The notes below the pieces were generated by a model. That model worked only from the letters and a program-made list of their open reading frames with translations, was not told the DNA's origin and did not search any database. A stretch of DNA of 64,000 nucleotides, taken from a virus (lineage: Duplodnaviria > Caudoviricetes). Position 1 is the stretch's first letter. Each line of letters starts with the position of its first letter. The position numbers and the translations under genes are program-made. This document shows positions 22,860 to 35,042 of the stretch, one piece after another. The stretch covers positions 433 to 64,432 of the IMG/VR virus record IMGVR_UViG_3300033144_007704; one strand, written 5' to 3'.

Positions 22860-23265
22860 GAAATGAAATTATATGAGGTACCGAGAAATACAACGATTAT
22901 TATTGTGGAAAACAAAGTAACCGTTCCCCCCGATTCGCTGGAAATAAAGAAAGGGGACATCCTTAAATTTTCACATACGGGTGGAATGTATTCTTATTGT
23001 GAGGATAAATATGGAAATATTGTCCATCCGGCTGCCTGGACAGAAGTGGAGAATAAAGGGGGATAATGATGAAAAAAGCTATGGTAGAGCACAAAGCCAT
23101 CTATGTCGATTTAATTTGGACATGTCCCTATTGCGGGATGAAAAATGAGATAAAGAATTTTTACGTGAACCCATATAGAGCATTGGCTGAAAATTTACCA
23201 GACGAATGTTGTATGGCTTGTAACGAATTTGCGGAACTAACCTCATACATAGACAGGGATGAAGA

Positions 23266-23646
23266 ATGAGACAAAATCCATTTGAAAAATATTTAGGGCA
23301 GGAGGATCATCTTCAATTCCAGATTATGTGGTATATTTATGATCAATACAGGAATAGGTGTTTGTTTTTTCACGTACCAAATGAAGCGAAGCGAAGCGCC
23401 TTTGAGCGATTCAAGTTTAAATGGCTTGGAGCAAGAAGGGGCGTTTCAGACATATTGATATTAAGATCTGGACCAAGATTTCTTGCTATGGAAGTGAAGG
23501 TTATTTATGCAAGCGGAGCTAAGAATCGATTAACTCCGGATCAGAAAACGTTCCTAGAAGACGTGAAGAAATATGACGGAGAATCTGTGGCAGTCTGGAC
23601 ATTTGAGGAAGCCAAGAAAATAATTGATGAATTCATGAAGGATTAA
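23266..23646 (+). CDS. VRR-NUC domain nuclease
   Basis: EDHLQ, FFHVPNE, GARRGVSDIL, MEVK, RLTPDQKTF. Confidence 0.85.
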   Translation: MRQNPFEKYLGQEDHLQFQIMWYIYDQYRNRCLFFHVPNEAKRSAFERFKFKWLGARRGVSDILILRSGPRFLAMEVKVIYASGAKNRLTPDQKTFLEDVKKYDGESVAVWTFEEAKKIIDEFMKD

Positions 23647-23723
23647 TATATCTGTTATAATGAAAATTCTGGTGAATATCGCAGGAGCGATGGCGTTTTA
23701 TTGGATGTTTTATTCGTTATAAT

Positions 23724-23820
23724 GAACATTTATCCGGACATTCATCTGGACATCAACAAATAATTTACAACATCAATTGGTATCAAGTAACGGACATTTT
23801 AACGGACATTTTGTCCGTTA
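23724..23820. promoter_or_regulatory. 12-bp-spaced GGACAT boxes and a perfect palindrome
   Basis: G(A/G)ACAT at 23724, 23736, 23748, 23792, 23804; TAACGGACA-TTT-TGTCCGTTA at 23800..23820; intergenic. Confidence 0.5.
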
Positions 23821-26572
23821 TTTATTTTAGGAGGAGAAATGTTAGAATTAAGGAAAGTATTTTTAAGTGATGAGTTTTATGAAAAATATAATGAAATATC
23901 GAGAGACTTTCTGCAATTGTTTAAAGACGGCAAGAGGGTTAGAGATGTTTTATACAGAAAGGGAACGGGATGCGGAGAGCTTGAGGATCCTTATTTTTTG
24001 TTGATAAAATATTCAGAAGACTATTATGACGATCACGTCACTAAAGATCCCAAAAAAAAATTGCATTTAAAAGAGGAGTGGTGTATATTGGATCGAAACG
24101 GTAATGAAAAAGTAATATTTGATCAATTTAAAGTACCGTGTTTACAGGGAGGTTTAATATATGTTATAGACCACAGATATTACAATATAGAGACTGGAAA
24201 ATTATACTGCGAATCTTATTCTTCGATGGAATCAGAGATTTATTTATTTATTGAAAATAAATATGATAAAGACAAATCAAAACGAGGCGTTCTTAAAATA
24301 AATAAACTGGATGGCAGCGTTGAGCTTTTTAAAGATGAGGAGAAATTATGATAGACAATTACGGCGTCTTTGCATATCGCAGGAGCGATGAAGAATATAT
24401 TACTAGTGATGTTTTTTTTGAAACTGAAAAAGAAGCGATTGAATATGCAAGATGTTTAGAGGAAGAATATCCAAAAGATAAATATTTCATTCAAATCTGG
24501 TTAGAAGATAAAGAGGGATATTTCGGTAATAGCGGCGAACCGATATGGGATAATTATTAGTTAATTGGAGGGAAAATGATCATATTCAAAGTAGTAAAGT
24601 GGAGCAAGTCGCGTAAATGTTATGTTTCTTGTTTAGCTTTTAATAAATATATGTTGGAATATATCGAGGGTAAAATTACTAGGGCGATAAAGGGAACGCC
24701 AGTGATGTGTTTTGATACATTTAATAATGCTAATCAATTTATGGAGGAAGTCTTTACCGGAGAAGAGATTAGGAAATTCAAAATAAAAGTTATCAAAGTA
24801 AAATCGATAGGGAAAAGAATAATTCCTCGATATTATACCGACAATTATGACGACGATGAATTAGATAAGTTTTATGAAAATTTAAAAAAGTGGGCGGAAG
24901 GTCATTATTTATTGCATTACAGTTATAGTCAAGAATCGCCCAATCGGGGAACAGTATGTTATCCAGCAGTCAAAGTGCTGGGATTTGAGGAGAAATTAAC
25001 TGAATTAGAAAAATTGCAACAATTTAAACGAGACGTTATTGCGGAAATATCTGGAAATTATTGCGATGAATGCGAAAAAATAGATGGTGATTATTCTGTT
25101 GAAACTTTTTATGATCCGGAGAAAAGAGCATTTGTTTGCAAAAGAGGGCACGAAGAAGATTTTGAATGCAATTACAGACACGAGACAGAAAAAGGGCTTA
25201 TGGATAGGATTCGTGGAATAATAGAAGCCTTAGATAGATTGGAGGCAACATAATGAAACGATATAAAGTTAACATAGAGCATGGTGTTTTCGGAAACAAC
25301 AGCACGCCTATTTCAATAGAAGAGAGAATTATGATGAGTAAAATCCTAACAAGACAAGAATGTCTATCATTAGATATCGGCACATACAACAAAGCCGTGG
25401 AGTTGCAGCAAAAAAAGAGCAAAAATAGAAATGCGACTATGCATATTTGTGAATATTGTGGAAGAAAATATTCAATTTGTTGTATTTGCGATACCGCAGA
25501 AGAGAGATGGAATAAAATTTTAGAAAAAGTACGAGAAGCGTCTGAGCTATCAGCATTTCAAGAGTGAGGTCAAAGATAAGTTGAATGAAATAAAAGCCGA
25601 ATTGAAAGCAGTTAAAATGCCGAAACAAGTTATGTGGGATACAATATGAGCATCGATATAGTTACCGGATTTGGAAGGCGAACCTGTAGGATTTGTAACA
25701 AATCTATCGAAAAAGGAGATCTCCATTTGCGGTTCGATGGCGGATATAAAGGGCAGGCAGATAATATATGTAAGAGCTGTCTGTGGAAATTAGCGTTTAA
25801 GCTTGTTATGGGAATCGATATGGATTTATCTGACTCAGAGAAAAAGGAGAGCGTAGATGAAAAATGAAAAAGAAGCGATAGCCTTAATGGGAAGATATGA
25901 AACAATTACATTAGAGGAGATTCAAGAAGTTTGGCGAGACGACGGATTGTCTTACGCCAGAGCATTAACAGGTTTTGGTGAAACATCTACATGTACTCTT
26001 TGTTTAACTCGCAAGGTGGACAATAGGTGTTGGACAGACAGCTGTGATGGTTGTTTTTGGGGAGATATGCCCACGGGACATTGCAATGCTGGCAGTAGCC
26101 ATAAAACATATTTGGCCATACGAATGGCTCACACCCCGAGGGAATTATTTAATGCCTATCGTGAAAGAGCGAAATATATGCGAAAAGTCTATAACGTATG
26201 GAAGGAAAATAAGTGAATAGATATAAGCGAGATGTATTTTATAATGTCAGGAAGTTAACATTAGAAGACAAGGTAGATCTGCTGAATACAGCCTATGGGA
26301 TCGCAGATGAATGGTGGGTAGACATATTGGATTGTAGCAAAAGTTATGCTCGTCAGAAAATTGAAATGGATTTTGAAACCATTATGGAGAAATTTAGTGA
26401 TTCTGCCTACTTTGTGTTTATTCACCGCAGATATATCGATAATTATCTTGAAATAGGATTCAGCGCAATGTTGACGCCTGATTATTTTTTATGGTTGCAT
26501 CTGGATAAAAAACATATTGCGATGTTGGTGAAAAAATTTAATTTAAAAGCCATGGAATAGGGATGAAATAAA

Positions 26573-26914
26573 ATGAAAGCGTTAATTAGGATTCAGTCGC
26601 TTGTTCCGGTGACTATCAAGAAAAAAGGGGAATGGTTTATCGCTAAATGTGAACAGTTCGATGTAGTGACTCAGGGCAGAACAGAGAAGGCAGCAAAAAG
26701 AAATCTTGAAAGTGCAATAATGGAATTTTTTAAAATCGTCGGGATTGAAGAATCTTATCATCGGTGCAGCTTTAAATTAAAACAGATAAAGATATTTACC
26801 GATGCTGAAATGGAAAACATGAGAAGCTCTTGTAAGTTATATAAAGAGCATCTTAAAAAATATTCTAATGTGAATCCGAAAATTCAGAATGAATTAGCCA
26901 AAGAGTCTTTATAA
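26573..26914 (+). CDS. HicB-like protein
   Basis: GEWFIAKCEQFDVVTQGRTEKAAKRNLESAI matches the HicB N-terminal pattern. Confidence 0.65.
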   Translation: MKALIRIQSLVPVTIKKKGEWFIAKCEQFDVVTQGRTEKAAKRNLESAIMEFFKIVGIEESYHRCSFKLKQIKIFTDAEMENMRSSCKLYKEHLKKYSNVNPKIQNELAKESL

Positions 26915-28606
26915 AATTTAAGGAAGAGAAAGGAGAAAAAATGACAAGAGCACAAGCCCAAGAGAAAGCTGAAGTATTAAACGGCATACCGAGCCGCGAG
27001 TTATATTGCCCATTAACTGGACAGATGTGTAATCCGCATTGCGTATGCTTTGTAAAACATTATATTGTTGCATATCGCGATGAGCCAAGTTCAGATGCCG
27101 CCGAAAAATTTGTTATTAAAGGCGGTCGCTGTAATAATCCAATGCTGATTGAAAGGGGGTTGGCGTGAAAAACATTGATAAAACTTGGATATCAAAAACG
27201 AGAATACCCGAAACGGCGCAGATGAAAGAATGGACACTGGAAGAGTCCATGGATTTCTTAAGTAATTATTACTATCAGTTTGCCCGTATTTTTGAAATGT
27301 TTGAAATTGCGGGATTAATCTGGGGGAACGGACACCATATAGCTCAGTATTTATCTGCGGAAGCCTGTAAGTTACTGAAAGAAAGATGGATCGGAAAATG
27401 AAAGAAGACAAAATTGTAATAACGTTAAAGAGGAAAGTCCTTTCCGATCAAATGGAAAAAATTGAAGATAAAATCAAAGAGCTTCTGATGAGTGAGAGCG
27501 TTGCAGCAGAGGTGTGCAACACAGTTACACACAATGAACAAATCGTTACATATGATGATATTGAAGAATGGAGAAAAAATCAAACACCTCTAAAGGAAAG
27601 AGGGGAGGAATAATGGGATGTTTTAGTTATTTATGCAAAGAATGTGGAGAACCGGTTAATTCTGATAGTTTTTCTGGAGAACATTGCACTATTTATTTGC
27701 TCAAAGAAGGAAAGGTTGTTGAACAAATGACAGGACAATATAACAGTTACGGAGGGGTTCTTCAGGATAAATCATTAGAAAGTGTTAAATGGGGAACTGA
27801 TGAGTGGGATAAATTGCTTGATTTACATTTTAACAGCAATAAGGGCGACGGTTTCGCTATTGTTCACAGCGATTGTCAACACGGTAATATTCCAACAACC
27901 ATATCTGAAGAAGATCCTAATCAAGGATGGGGAGAATACAAACATTCTATAGGTTCTCCAAAGATCGAGAAGAAGGGAAAATAAATGAGAACAGAGAGCA
28001 TAAAAGTAATTCGAATCGACGGAGTTCCAGAGCAGTTTGCCTCAATAATTTTTGACGGATATCATAAATATGAAGAATTCGAAGACGATGAGCCTATAGA
28101 ATTAATCATATCTGGAAAAAGATATATGGTTAGATATAGCGAACTTCTCAAAGCCGTAACTAATTTTCTGTCTCCGAGATGAAGAAAACAGGGATGCCAT
28201 TATGAGTTCCGGATTAATTTCTAAACATGTCGGCCATAACGAATATATTCGATTACAGGAAAAATATGAAGAAGAAATGATGGATCCTTTACAGATCATA
28301 GATGCCTCTAAGCCTTCGCCTCCCGCGATAATGCCAATGCCGTTTTTTAATGATCCTGAATTCATGGATACAATACAGGTCTTATTTGGTGAAAATCTTA
28401 AAAAATGAAATTTACATTAAGGTTTATAGGTTTTATTATATTTATGGTGATAATATTTTACTATATTATCGATGCCATTAAAATGAAGAATAGCACAGAG
28501 GCTTATTTAATATCCGGAATAGGATTTATCGTGGCGACTTCCGTAATTCTGGTATGGCTTAGTCGCTCAAAAAAAGAATAGCGATGTCGATAAAAAGGAG
28601 ATTAAA

Positions 28607-29290
28607 ATGACATTAAAGAAATTTTTAAAAAAAGTAAATGGGAAAGAAAGCGATATTGTTGAATATAGCAATATTGAGGTTTTAGAGGCCGTAAAACAAA
28701 ACGGGTATTCACTGCCATATGTGAAGAACCAAACTGAAGATATTTGTTTAGATGCCGTAAAACAAGACGGGTATTCACTGCGATATGTGAAGGACCAAAC
28801 TGAAGATATTTGTTTAGATGCCGTAAAACAAGACGGGTATTCACTGCGATATGTGAAGGACCAAACTGAAGATATTTGTTTAGAGGCCGTAAAACAAGAC
28901 GGAGATTCACTGCCATATGTGAAGGACCAAACTGAAGATATTTGTTTAGAGGCCGTAAAACAAGACGGGTATTCACTGCGATATGTGAAGGACCAAACTG
29001 AAGATATTTGTTTAGAGGCCGTAAAACAAGACGGGTATTCACTGCAATATGTGAAGAACCAAACTGAAGATATTTGTTTAGAGGCCGTAAAACAAAACGG
29101 AGATTCACTGCAATATGTGAAGAACCAAACTGAAGATATTTGTTTAGAGGCTGTAAAACAAGACGGGTATTCACTGCAATATGTGGATAAATCTATATTT
29201 TCAAGAACAAGGATTATCACATTAGATGAAAAAGAAATCGAAATATCAGAGGAATCTTATCAAAGTTTTAAGAAACAATTTAAAAGCTAA
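28607..29290 (+). CDS. DUF4116-type helical repeat protein
   Basis: About 8 copies of ICLEAVKQDGYSLRYVKDQTED. Confidence 0.85.
   Translation: MTLKKFLKKVNGKESDIVEYSNIEVLEAVKQNGYSLPYVKNQTEDICLDAVKQDGYSLRYVKDQTEDICLDAVKQDGYSLRYVKDQTEDICLEAVKQDGDSLPYVKDQTEDICLEAVKQDGYSLRYVKDQTEDICLEAVKQDGYSLQYVKNQTEDICLEAVKQNGDSLQYVKNQTEDICLEAVKQDGYSLQYVDKSIFSRTRIITLDEKEIEISEESYQSFKKQFKS
28681..29185 (+). repeat. 66-bp coding tandem repeat, about 8 units
   Basis: Unit TTTAGA(G/T)GCCGTAAAACAA(G/A)ACGG...CAAACTGAAGATATTTG; no spacers. Confidence 0.95.
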
Positions 29291-29733
29291 GGTGCATATA
29301 GCGATAATAAGGTTTATATTAATGACCACAACTGAGGCATAAGTAAAGTTTCGAGTAAATATATAAACCAAAATATTTTTTTTCTTGACAAATAAACTTA
29401 AATGGCTCGATGTCGCTTATATGAATTTTTTAACAAAAAATGATTGGAACATAATTAAAAAACAATATCATCTTGCTTACGAAAGAATAGGACAAAACCA
29501 AAAGTTAATAGGTCATCCGGAAAACGATAGAGATCTATACGATTGCTTTGATGATAATGGAATTTATGTTTATCCAACTTGGTTTGGATTTAATATCTGC
29601 GGAATAAAAGATGATGTCTTAAACGTATTCCTTATGATTAAGGGAGTTGAAGATATGGCGGCTCGCGTAGATGCTGAGAAATCAGCTTTTATGCGAGCTT
29701 TTGAATTACTAAACAAAAAATTATTGGAGGAAT

Positions 29734-31083
29734 ATGAAAACAAAAGACATTAAGTTAAGTAAAAGATTGAAGGACTTATCTAACAGGGTTATAAGTTTAT
29801 ATGATGAAGTCGAGTCGCAGAGAATAGTGGCCAAATATTTCGGAATATCAAGAGCGGCTGTTCAAAGAATATTGGCTGTGAACGGAAAGGCTTCGTTGCC
29901 ATTTGAAAAAAGTAAAGATAGCGAAATATCCGAGTCAAACAATGAACAAGATTATGAAGAGACGGATATTAAAGAGAAGATTATCCCGAACAACAAAAAG
30001 ACGCCTATTTGGGACGAAAGACAGGAATCTGCAACCGGAACTATAATAACTGCCAAAAAACCAAAAACATTAGAAGATGCCACTAAGTTATTTAAAGTTG
30101 ATATGGATATCTGGATAGCAGAGAGAATGGTTATTAACTCGTGGGATGTAACAAATCGGAAGGGTAAATCTTTTACTAATTATCAAGTAAAAGTATGGTT
30201 TAAGAAAAAAGCTGATGAAGTTAATCCAAAAGAATTGGCTGAAATCTTTATAGATCAATTATCCGGGCACGATCCCTTTGAATATAAGGATATTGTTTTT
30301 AAGGAATCACCAGAAGAAAATTTATTGGAAATCACAAATTTTGATCTCCATTTAGGACGATTAGGATGGCACCGGGAATCCGGTGAAAATTATGATATTA
30401 AAATAGCAAAAGAAAGATTCATGGATTCAATTTCCGATCTGCTCAAAAAAGCGAAACCGTTTAGTTATTCTAAAATATTATTTCCAGTAGGTAATGATTT
30501 CTTTAATGCCGATACCTCAGAAGATACAACAACGTACGGAACTAAGGTTGATTCAGATGTTCGCTGGAAAAAAAGAACCAAAGAGGGCAATGCTTTATTG
30601 ATAGCCGGAATAGACATGTTGAGACAATCGGCTCCAGTTGATGTGATAATAATTAGTGGTAATCATGATTGGATGACCATGTTTTTCGCAGGGGAATATT
30701 TGACTGCCTGGTATAAAAAATGTAAAAACGTAAATATAGATAATAGCGAAAAACAAAGAAAATATTATTACTGGAAAAGCGTATTATTGGGCTTTACTCA
30801 TGGCGATAAAGAAAAACCGGTAGATTTGTTTGCTATTATGGCGGATGAACAAAAACTTAATTGGGCTAAAACAAAATTTCGCGAATGGCATATTGGACAT
30901 ATTCATCATGAGAAATCCATTGATTATAAAGGTGTAGTTGTGAGATGGTTAAAGTCATTAGCCTCAGCAGACGAGTGGACATATAGTAAGGGATATATAG
31001 GATCTATTAAAGGAAGTCAGGCGTTCCTCTGGAATGATAAACAGGGATTGATAGCCAATTTCCATAGTAATATTATTATATAA
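29734..31083 (+). CDS. Calcineurin-like metallophosphoesterase with N-terminal HTH
   Basis: DLHLG, GNDFFN, SGNHD, FTHGD, GHIHH; SQRIVAKYFGISRAAVQRIL. Confidence 0.85.
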   Translation: MKTKDIKLSKRLKDLSNRVISLYDEVESQRIVAKYFGISRAAVQRILAVNGKASLPFEKSKDSEISESNNEQDYEETDIKEKIIPNNKKTPIWDERQESATGTIITAKKPKTLEDATKLFKVDMDIWIAERMVINSWDVTNRKGKSFTNYQVKVWFKKKADEVNPKELAEIFIDQLSGHDPFEYKDIVFKESPEENLLEITNFDLHLGRLGWHRESGENYDIKIAKERFMDSISDLLKKAKPFSYSKILFPVGNDFFNADTSEDTTTYGTKVDSDVRWKKRTKEGNALLIAGIDMLRQSAPVDVIIISGNHDWMTMFFAGEYLTAWYKKCKNVNIDNSEKQRKYYYWKSVLLGFTHGDKEKPVDLFAIMADEQKLNWAKTKFREWHIGHIHHEKSIDYKGVVVRWLKSLASADEWTYSKGYIGSIKGSQAFLWNDKQGLIANFHSNIII

Positions 31084-32769
31084 AGCAACATTTAGTAAAA
31101 ATAGAGGTTTATGGAAGATACTATTTAACAAATATGGAAAAGAGAAGAGTTATATTATTAAAAGATATTAATGTTGTGCCATGTCCTAAGTGTGGGAAGA
31201 TACATAAGTTAACATATCCATCTGTGACAAAAGCCGATGGAACAAAGATAACCAACAAGGAAGCCGCTATGGTTATTTGTACCGATGGAATATCATATCT
31301 TGTTGGTTTAAGCGGAAAATTAAAAGAAGGAATTTGGAGGGGAGATGAGAAAAGTTAGAAACAAGAAAAATACGTATATTCGTCAATATGGTTATACGTC
31401 AGGAAACATTCTCGAATTGCTTGGGAAGGCAATGCAACATCCAGGGAGAGAATTTTCCATAGCTGATGATGTCGGCCTTGGTGGACTGTCGGCATTATTA
31501 AGAACTAAAGACATTGCCTTATCGTTAATAAATAAATTGAAATTGGAAAAAATAAAGGTAACGATTAAGAATGGAATTCTATATGTTAAATCGGAATTTT
31601 ATGGATCATTGGATATCTTTCCATATAGAGAAGGATTTCCCGACGCAACAAAAGAGGATTGGGAAAAATCGGAGTGGGTGCCGGATATGTTTAAAATTAA
31701 AAATGAGAAGAAATGAAACCTTTAATGGATAAAGAAATAGATCAATTAAAGAAAGAAAAAGAAGAAGCGGTAAAGTTTGCGGACGAAATGATTAAATTAA
31801 CATTAGTAGCGACGGCTAACGTGATTAAAAGGATTGCTTCGAGGCCAGGTATAGCAGAAAAAATACTTGAAATAAAAGATCAGGACGGCGGGAAATGAAA
31901 ACAATTAAAAATGAGGAAATGTCTGCGTTATTTGGAATTCCAGAAGAATTTCTGGATGAGAAAGCGGCAAATTCAAGATTAGCAAAATTTATTTGCGCAT
32001 CACTTAATAATTTGGATGAAAACACAAACAGGCTAAGCAAGGCGATTCAGAAAGAGCTGGAGAGATGTAGTAGGGAAATATCTGATACGGGATCTCTTGG
32101 AGACAGGAAGGTTTAAATGAAAAAGATAATTATAGAGGAAAAAGACGGAATTTTTCCATTATCTGAGATATTATCAGCCATTACTAATGGGAAGGCTGGA
32201 GAAACAACGGAAATAGAGGTGCGATATAAGAGGGGAAGTTCTCGAAACAAAGATAACATCGTTTTTATGGTTATTGGATATTTATTGCGAAGCATAAAAG
32301 GGATTGATATTTTACTTTACGCAAACGATAATATTAAAAGCATGGAAACTACTTGCGGTCGTATTCATGTGGGAAACCCAATTTATACAGCGAGAGGCAT
32401 AGCTGCCGACATCCTTATAATAGCAGAGCCCGTGTTTGACGAGACAAAAGCAATTCTTACAGAGACTGTGACCAGGTCGCAAATTGGAGCGATAATTACT
32501 TTGTAGGATTTAATAGGTAAATAAAAGAAGAATGAAATGCCGACAAGTTCATTTGATAAAGCTATAATAATTAAAAGTAAAAAGGCTGTAAATAAATTTT
32601 ATACTATCCTAGATGCTCCTGTTGAAAAGTTCATTCCGAATATCGATGTGGAGAAGGAACTCAAGAGGAGGATTAAGATATTTAAAGAAGCAGGGCGTGG
32701 CGATAGCCTGGTAAGTATTTGCGAGGAATGTTTATTAAAAGCGCTGGAGACGATAGGTACGGAGATAAA

Positions 32770-33264
32770 ATGAAAACGAGAATTATTTCAGCATTTCCTG
32801 CAACGGGGAAAACATGGTATTTCAATAATCATAAAAACGTATTAGATTCTGATTCGAGTAACTTTAGCTGGATGATAGAATACGGAGATAAAATACGAAA
32901 TCCCAAGTTTCCACAAAATTACATAGAACACATTAAAGATAATATTGGTAAATATGATATTATCTTGGTTTCTTCTCATAAAGTGGTTAGGGACGCCTTG
33001 CTTGATAATTGCCTCTTTTTTTATTTAATTTACCCAACCATAGACAAGAAGGATGAATTTCTCAAAAGATGTAGAGAAAGAGCAGATAGTGAATCGTTCG
33101 TTAGTTTAATTAATGATAATTGGGAAAAATGGATAAGAGAATGTATGTTTTGTTGCTATGGATGCGAGAATATACCAATGACATTAGATAATATCGAAAA
33201 TGAGATTAATCATATTGTGCGATCTGAAAAAGGAGACGCGATTGAAGGTGAAGCAGTTAGTTAA
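32770..33264 (+). CDS. P-loop nucleotide kinase-like protein
   Basis: IISAFPATGKT, LDSDSS.FSW, FPQNYIEHIK; SD GGAG before ATG 32770. Confidence 0.65.
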   Translation: MKTRIISAFPATGKTWYFNNHKNVLDSDSSNFSWMIEYGDKIRNPKFPQNYIEHIKDNIGKYDIILVSSHKVVRDALLDNCLFFYLIYPTIDKKDEFLKRCRERADSESFVSLINDNWEKWIRECMFCCYGCENIPMTLDNIENEINHIVRSEKGDAIEGEAVS

Positions 33265-33880
33265 AAGCATATCATATAATCAGCAGGAAATAATTAAATG
33301 GATATTAGACCTGCACTGTCAGACTTCTATCGAGTTAGACGCGACCTATGGTAGAGGCAATTTTTATAAAGGCAATTTCGAGGAGCCTAAACTGAAATTT
33401 GATTTACATTATCAGATGGAAGGAGTTAAAAAAGCTAATGCAAAAGATTTGCCGTTAAAAAACAGTAGTCTTAACACGATAATGTTTGATCCTCCCTTCC
33501 TGGCGACTAAAGGAAAATCATTAAAGATTGACGACGAAAGCAATAAAATCAATAAAAGATTTACCGTCTATCCGACGGAAATAAAATTGCATCAATTCTA
33601 TATAGATTCGCTGAAAGAGTTTTACAGAATATTAAAACCAGACGGGATATTAATTTTTAAGTGCCAGGATAAAGTAAGCAGCGGGAAGCAATATTTCAGT
33701 CACGTTTTTATAATAAACGAAGCCGAGAAGATAGGATATTATACAAAAGATTTGTTTATATTGCTGGTTAAAAATAGAATTATAGCAAATTGGCAGATTA
33801 AAAACCAGAAGAATGCACGCAAATATCATTCATATTTTATTGTGTTTGAGAAAAGCGGCAGGAGAATTAAATATGTGTAA
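33200..33880 (+). CDS. DNA methyltransferase (amino-MTase type)
   Basis: LDATYGRGNFY SAM-binding-like motif, catalytic MFDPPF, EFYRILKPDGILIFKCQD. Confidence 0.8.
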   Translation: MRLIILCDLKKETRLKVKQLVKSISYNQQEIIKWILDLHCQTSIELDATYGRGNFYKGNFEEPKLKFDLHYQMEGVKKANAKDLPLKNSSLNTIMFDPPFLATKGKSLKIDDESNKINKRFTVYPTEIKLHQFYIDSLKEFYRILKPDGILIFKCQDKVSSGKQYFSHVFIINEAEKIGYYTKDLFILLVKNRIIANWQIKNQKNARKYHSYFIVFEKSGRRIKYV

Positions 33881-34271
33881 GGATGCGGCACTGATGTGTA
33901 TATTATATTTCATTTTTAGTATAGCAGGCTGGATGAAATACAATGAATTATGATTTTAATTTAGACGATGAAGGCTATCCGACGAAAGATTGGATTAACT
34001 TTCTTAAAAAATTTGAAAGCGATACAATGCCAATAATGAAATTTGTTGATTTATGGAGATTAAATTGGTGGCACCCTAACTGGGGATTTCATATCAAACG
34101 CAAATATAAAGGCATAATAAAACTATATGTCAGTACTGGTGGTTGGTCAGGTAATGAAGAAACCATAGATGCAATTACATCAAATTTTTGGCTGAATATA
34201 TTTTTAGGTTATTATCAATGGAATCGAGGAGGACATTATATTTTCCATATTCCTGTAGATAAATATAAACC

Positions 34272-34349
34272 AAAGTCTGCTATGCTAAAATGAGATATAA
34301 AACATCAAGCTGCTCCGAGTAGCTTGCGGAGTGGAGAGCGGCTATTATA
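34272..34349 (+). repeat. attC-like palindrome (site F) and 3' gene end shared with 19683..19711
   Basis: AAAGTCTGCTATGC.(A/G)AAATGA.ATATAA in both places; TATAA..AGCTGCTC [loop] GAGCGGCT.TTATA. Confidence 0.5.
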
Positions 34350-35042
34350 GTCGCCGAGAGAAGGTACAAAATGAAAGAAGTTAAAAGCCAAAATATCCCT
34401 CTTACGAGGAAACAAAGAAGATCCAGAACAAAAAACCAGAATAAGGCAATAGAATCGTATATAAAAGCTAATCAAAGCAAGATGCCGTCGCCGGCATTGT
34501 ACGACAAAATGAAAATTACCAAAAAGTCGATTTCATTAGCTTCTCCGGATAGTACAAAAATTCGAGACTTACCGGTGGGAGAGGTAATAGAATATTTAGG
34601 CATGAGACGTAATGTTCGATGGAATAAGTTATGGTTTTTAGTGAAAGCCGGCAACGGACAAATAGGATTAGTTAACCAATTGGAATTAATAGCCAATACA
34701 AAATTTTACGACACTATCACTAATGACCAAAAGGAATAATGAGATGATAATGAAAAGAAGATCGATGGAAAGGCGAGAGCTGATAGAATATGAAAGAGAA
34801 AATGATTGCATTAAGATTCAGGGGAAAAAATATTGGGCAAGCGTTAATTCAGATCCTTACGGATACGTGATTATTATACATAAGAAAAATGCTCGAGATA
34901 CCGTTGCGGAGAGAATTGTTTCAGGCAACAATATGTTTGATCAAAGCATCGACAGGAGTGTTCCCTATAGTCATCCCGACGCCATCCCGGAAGATGATCT
35001 TATAGGAATAGCAGAAGAACAGGCAAGAGATTTATTAAGAGA

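Larger units (their letters stand above)
22863..28408 (+). other. Array of small hypothetical phage genes
   Basis: ORF track; tightly packed with SD motifs and start/stop overlaps. Confidence 0.7.

Noticed and set aside
28681-29185. CRISPR array
   Set aside because: Contiguous 66-bp units with no unique spacers, in frame within a protein.
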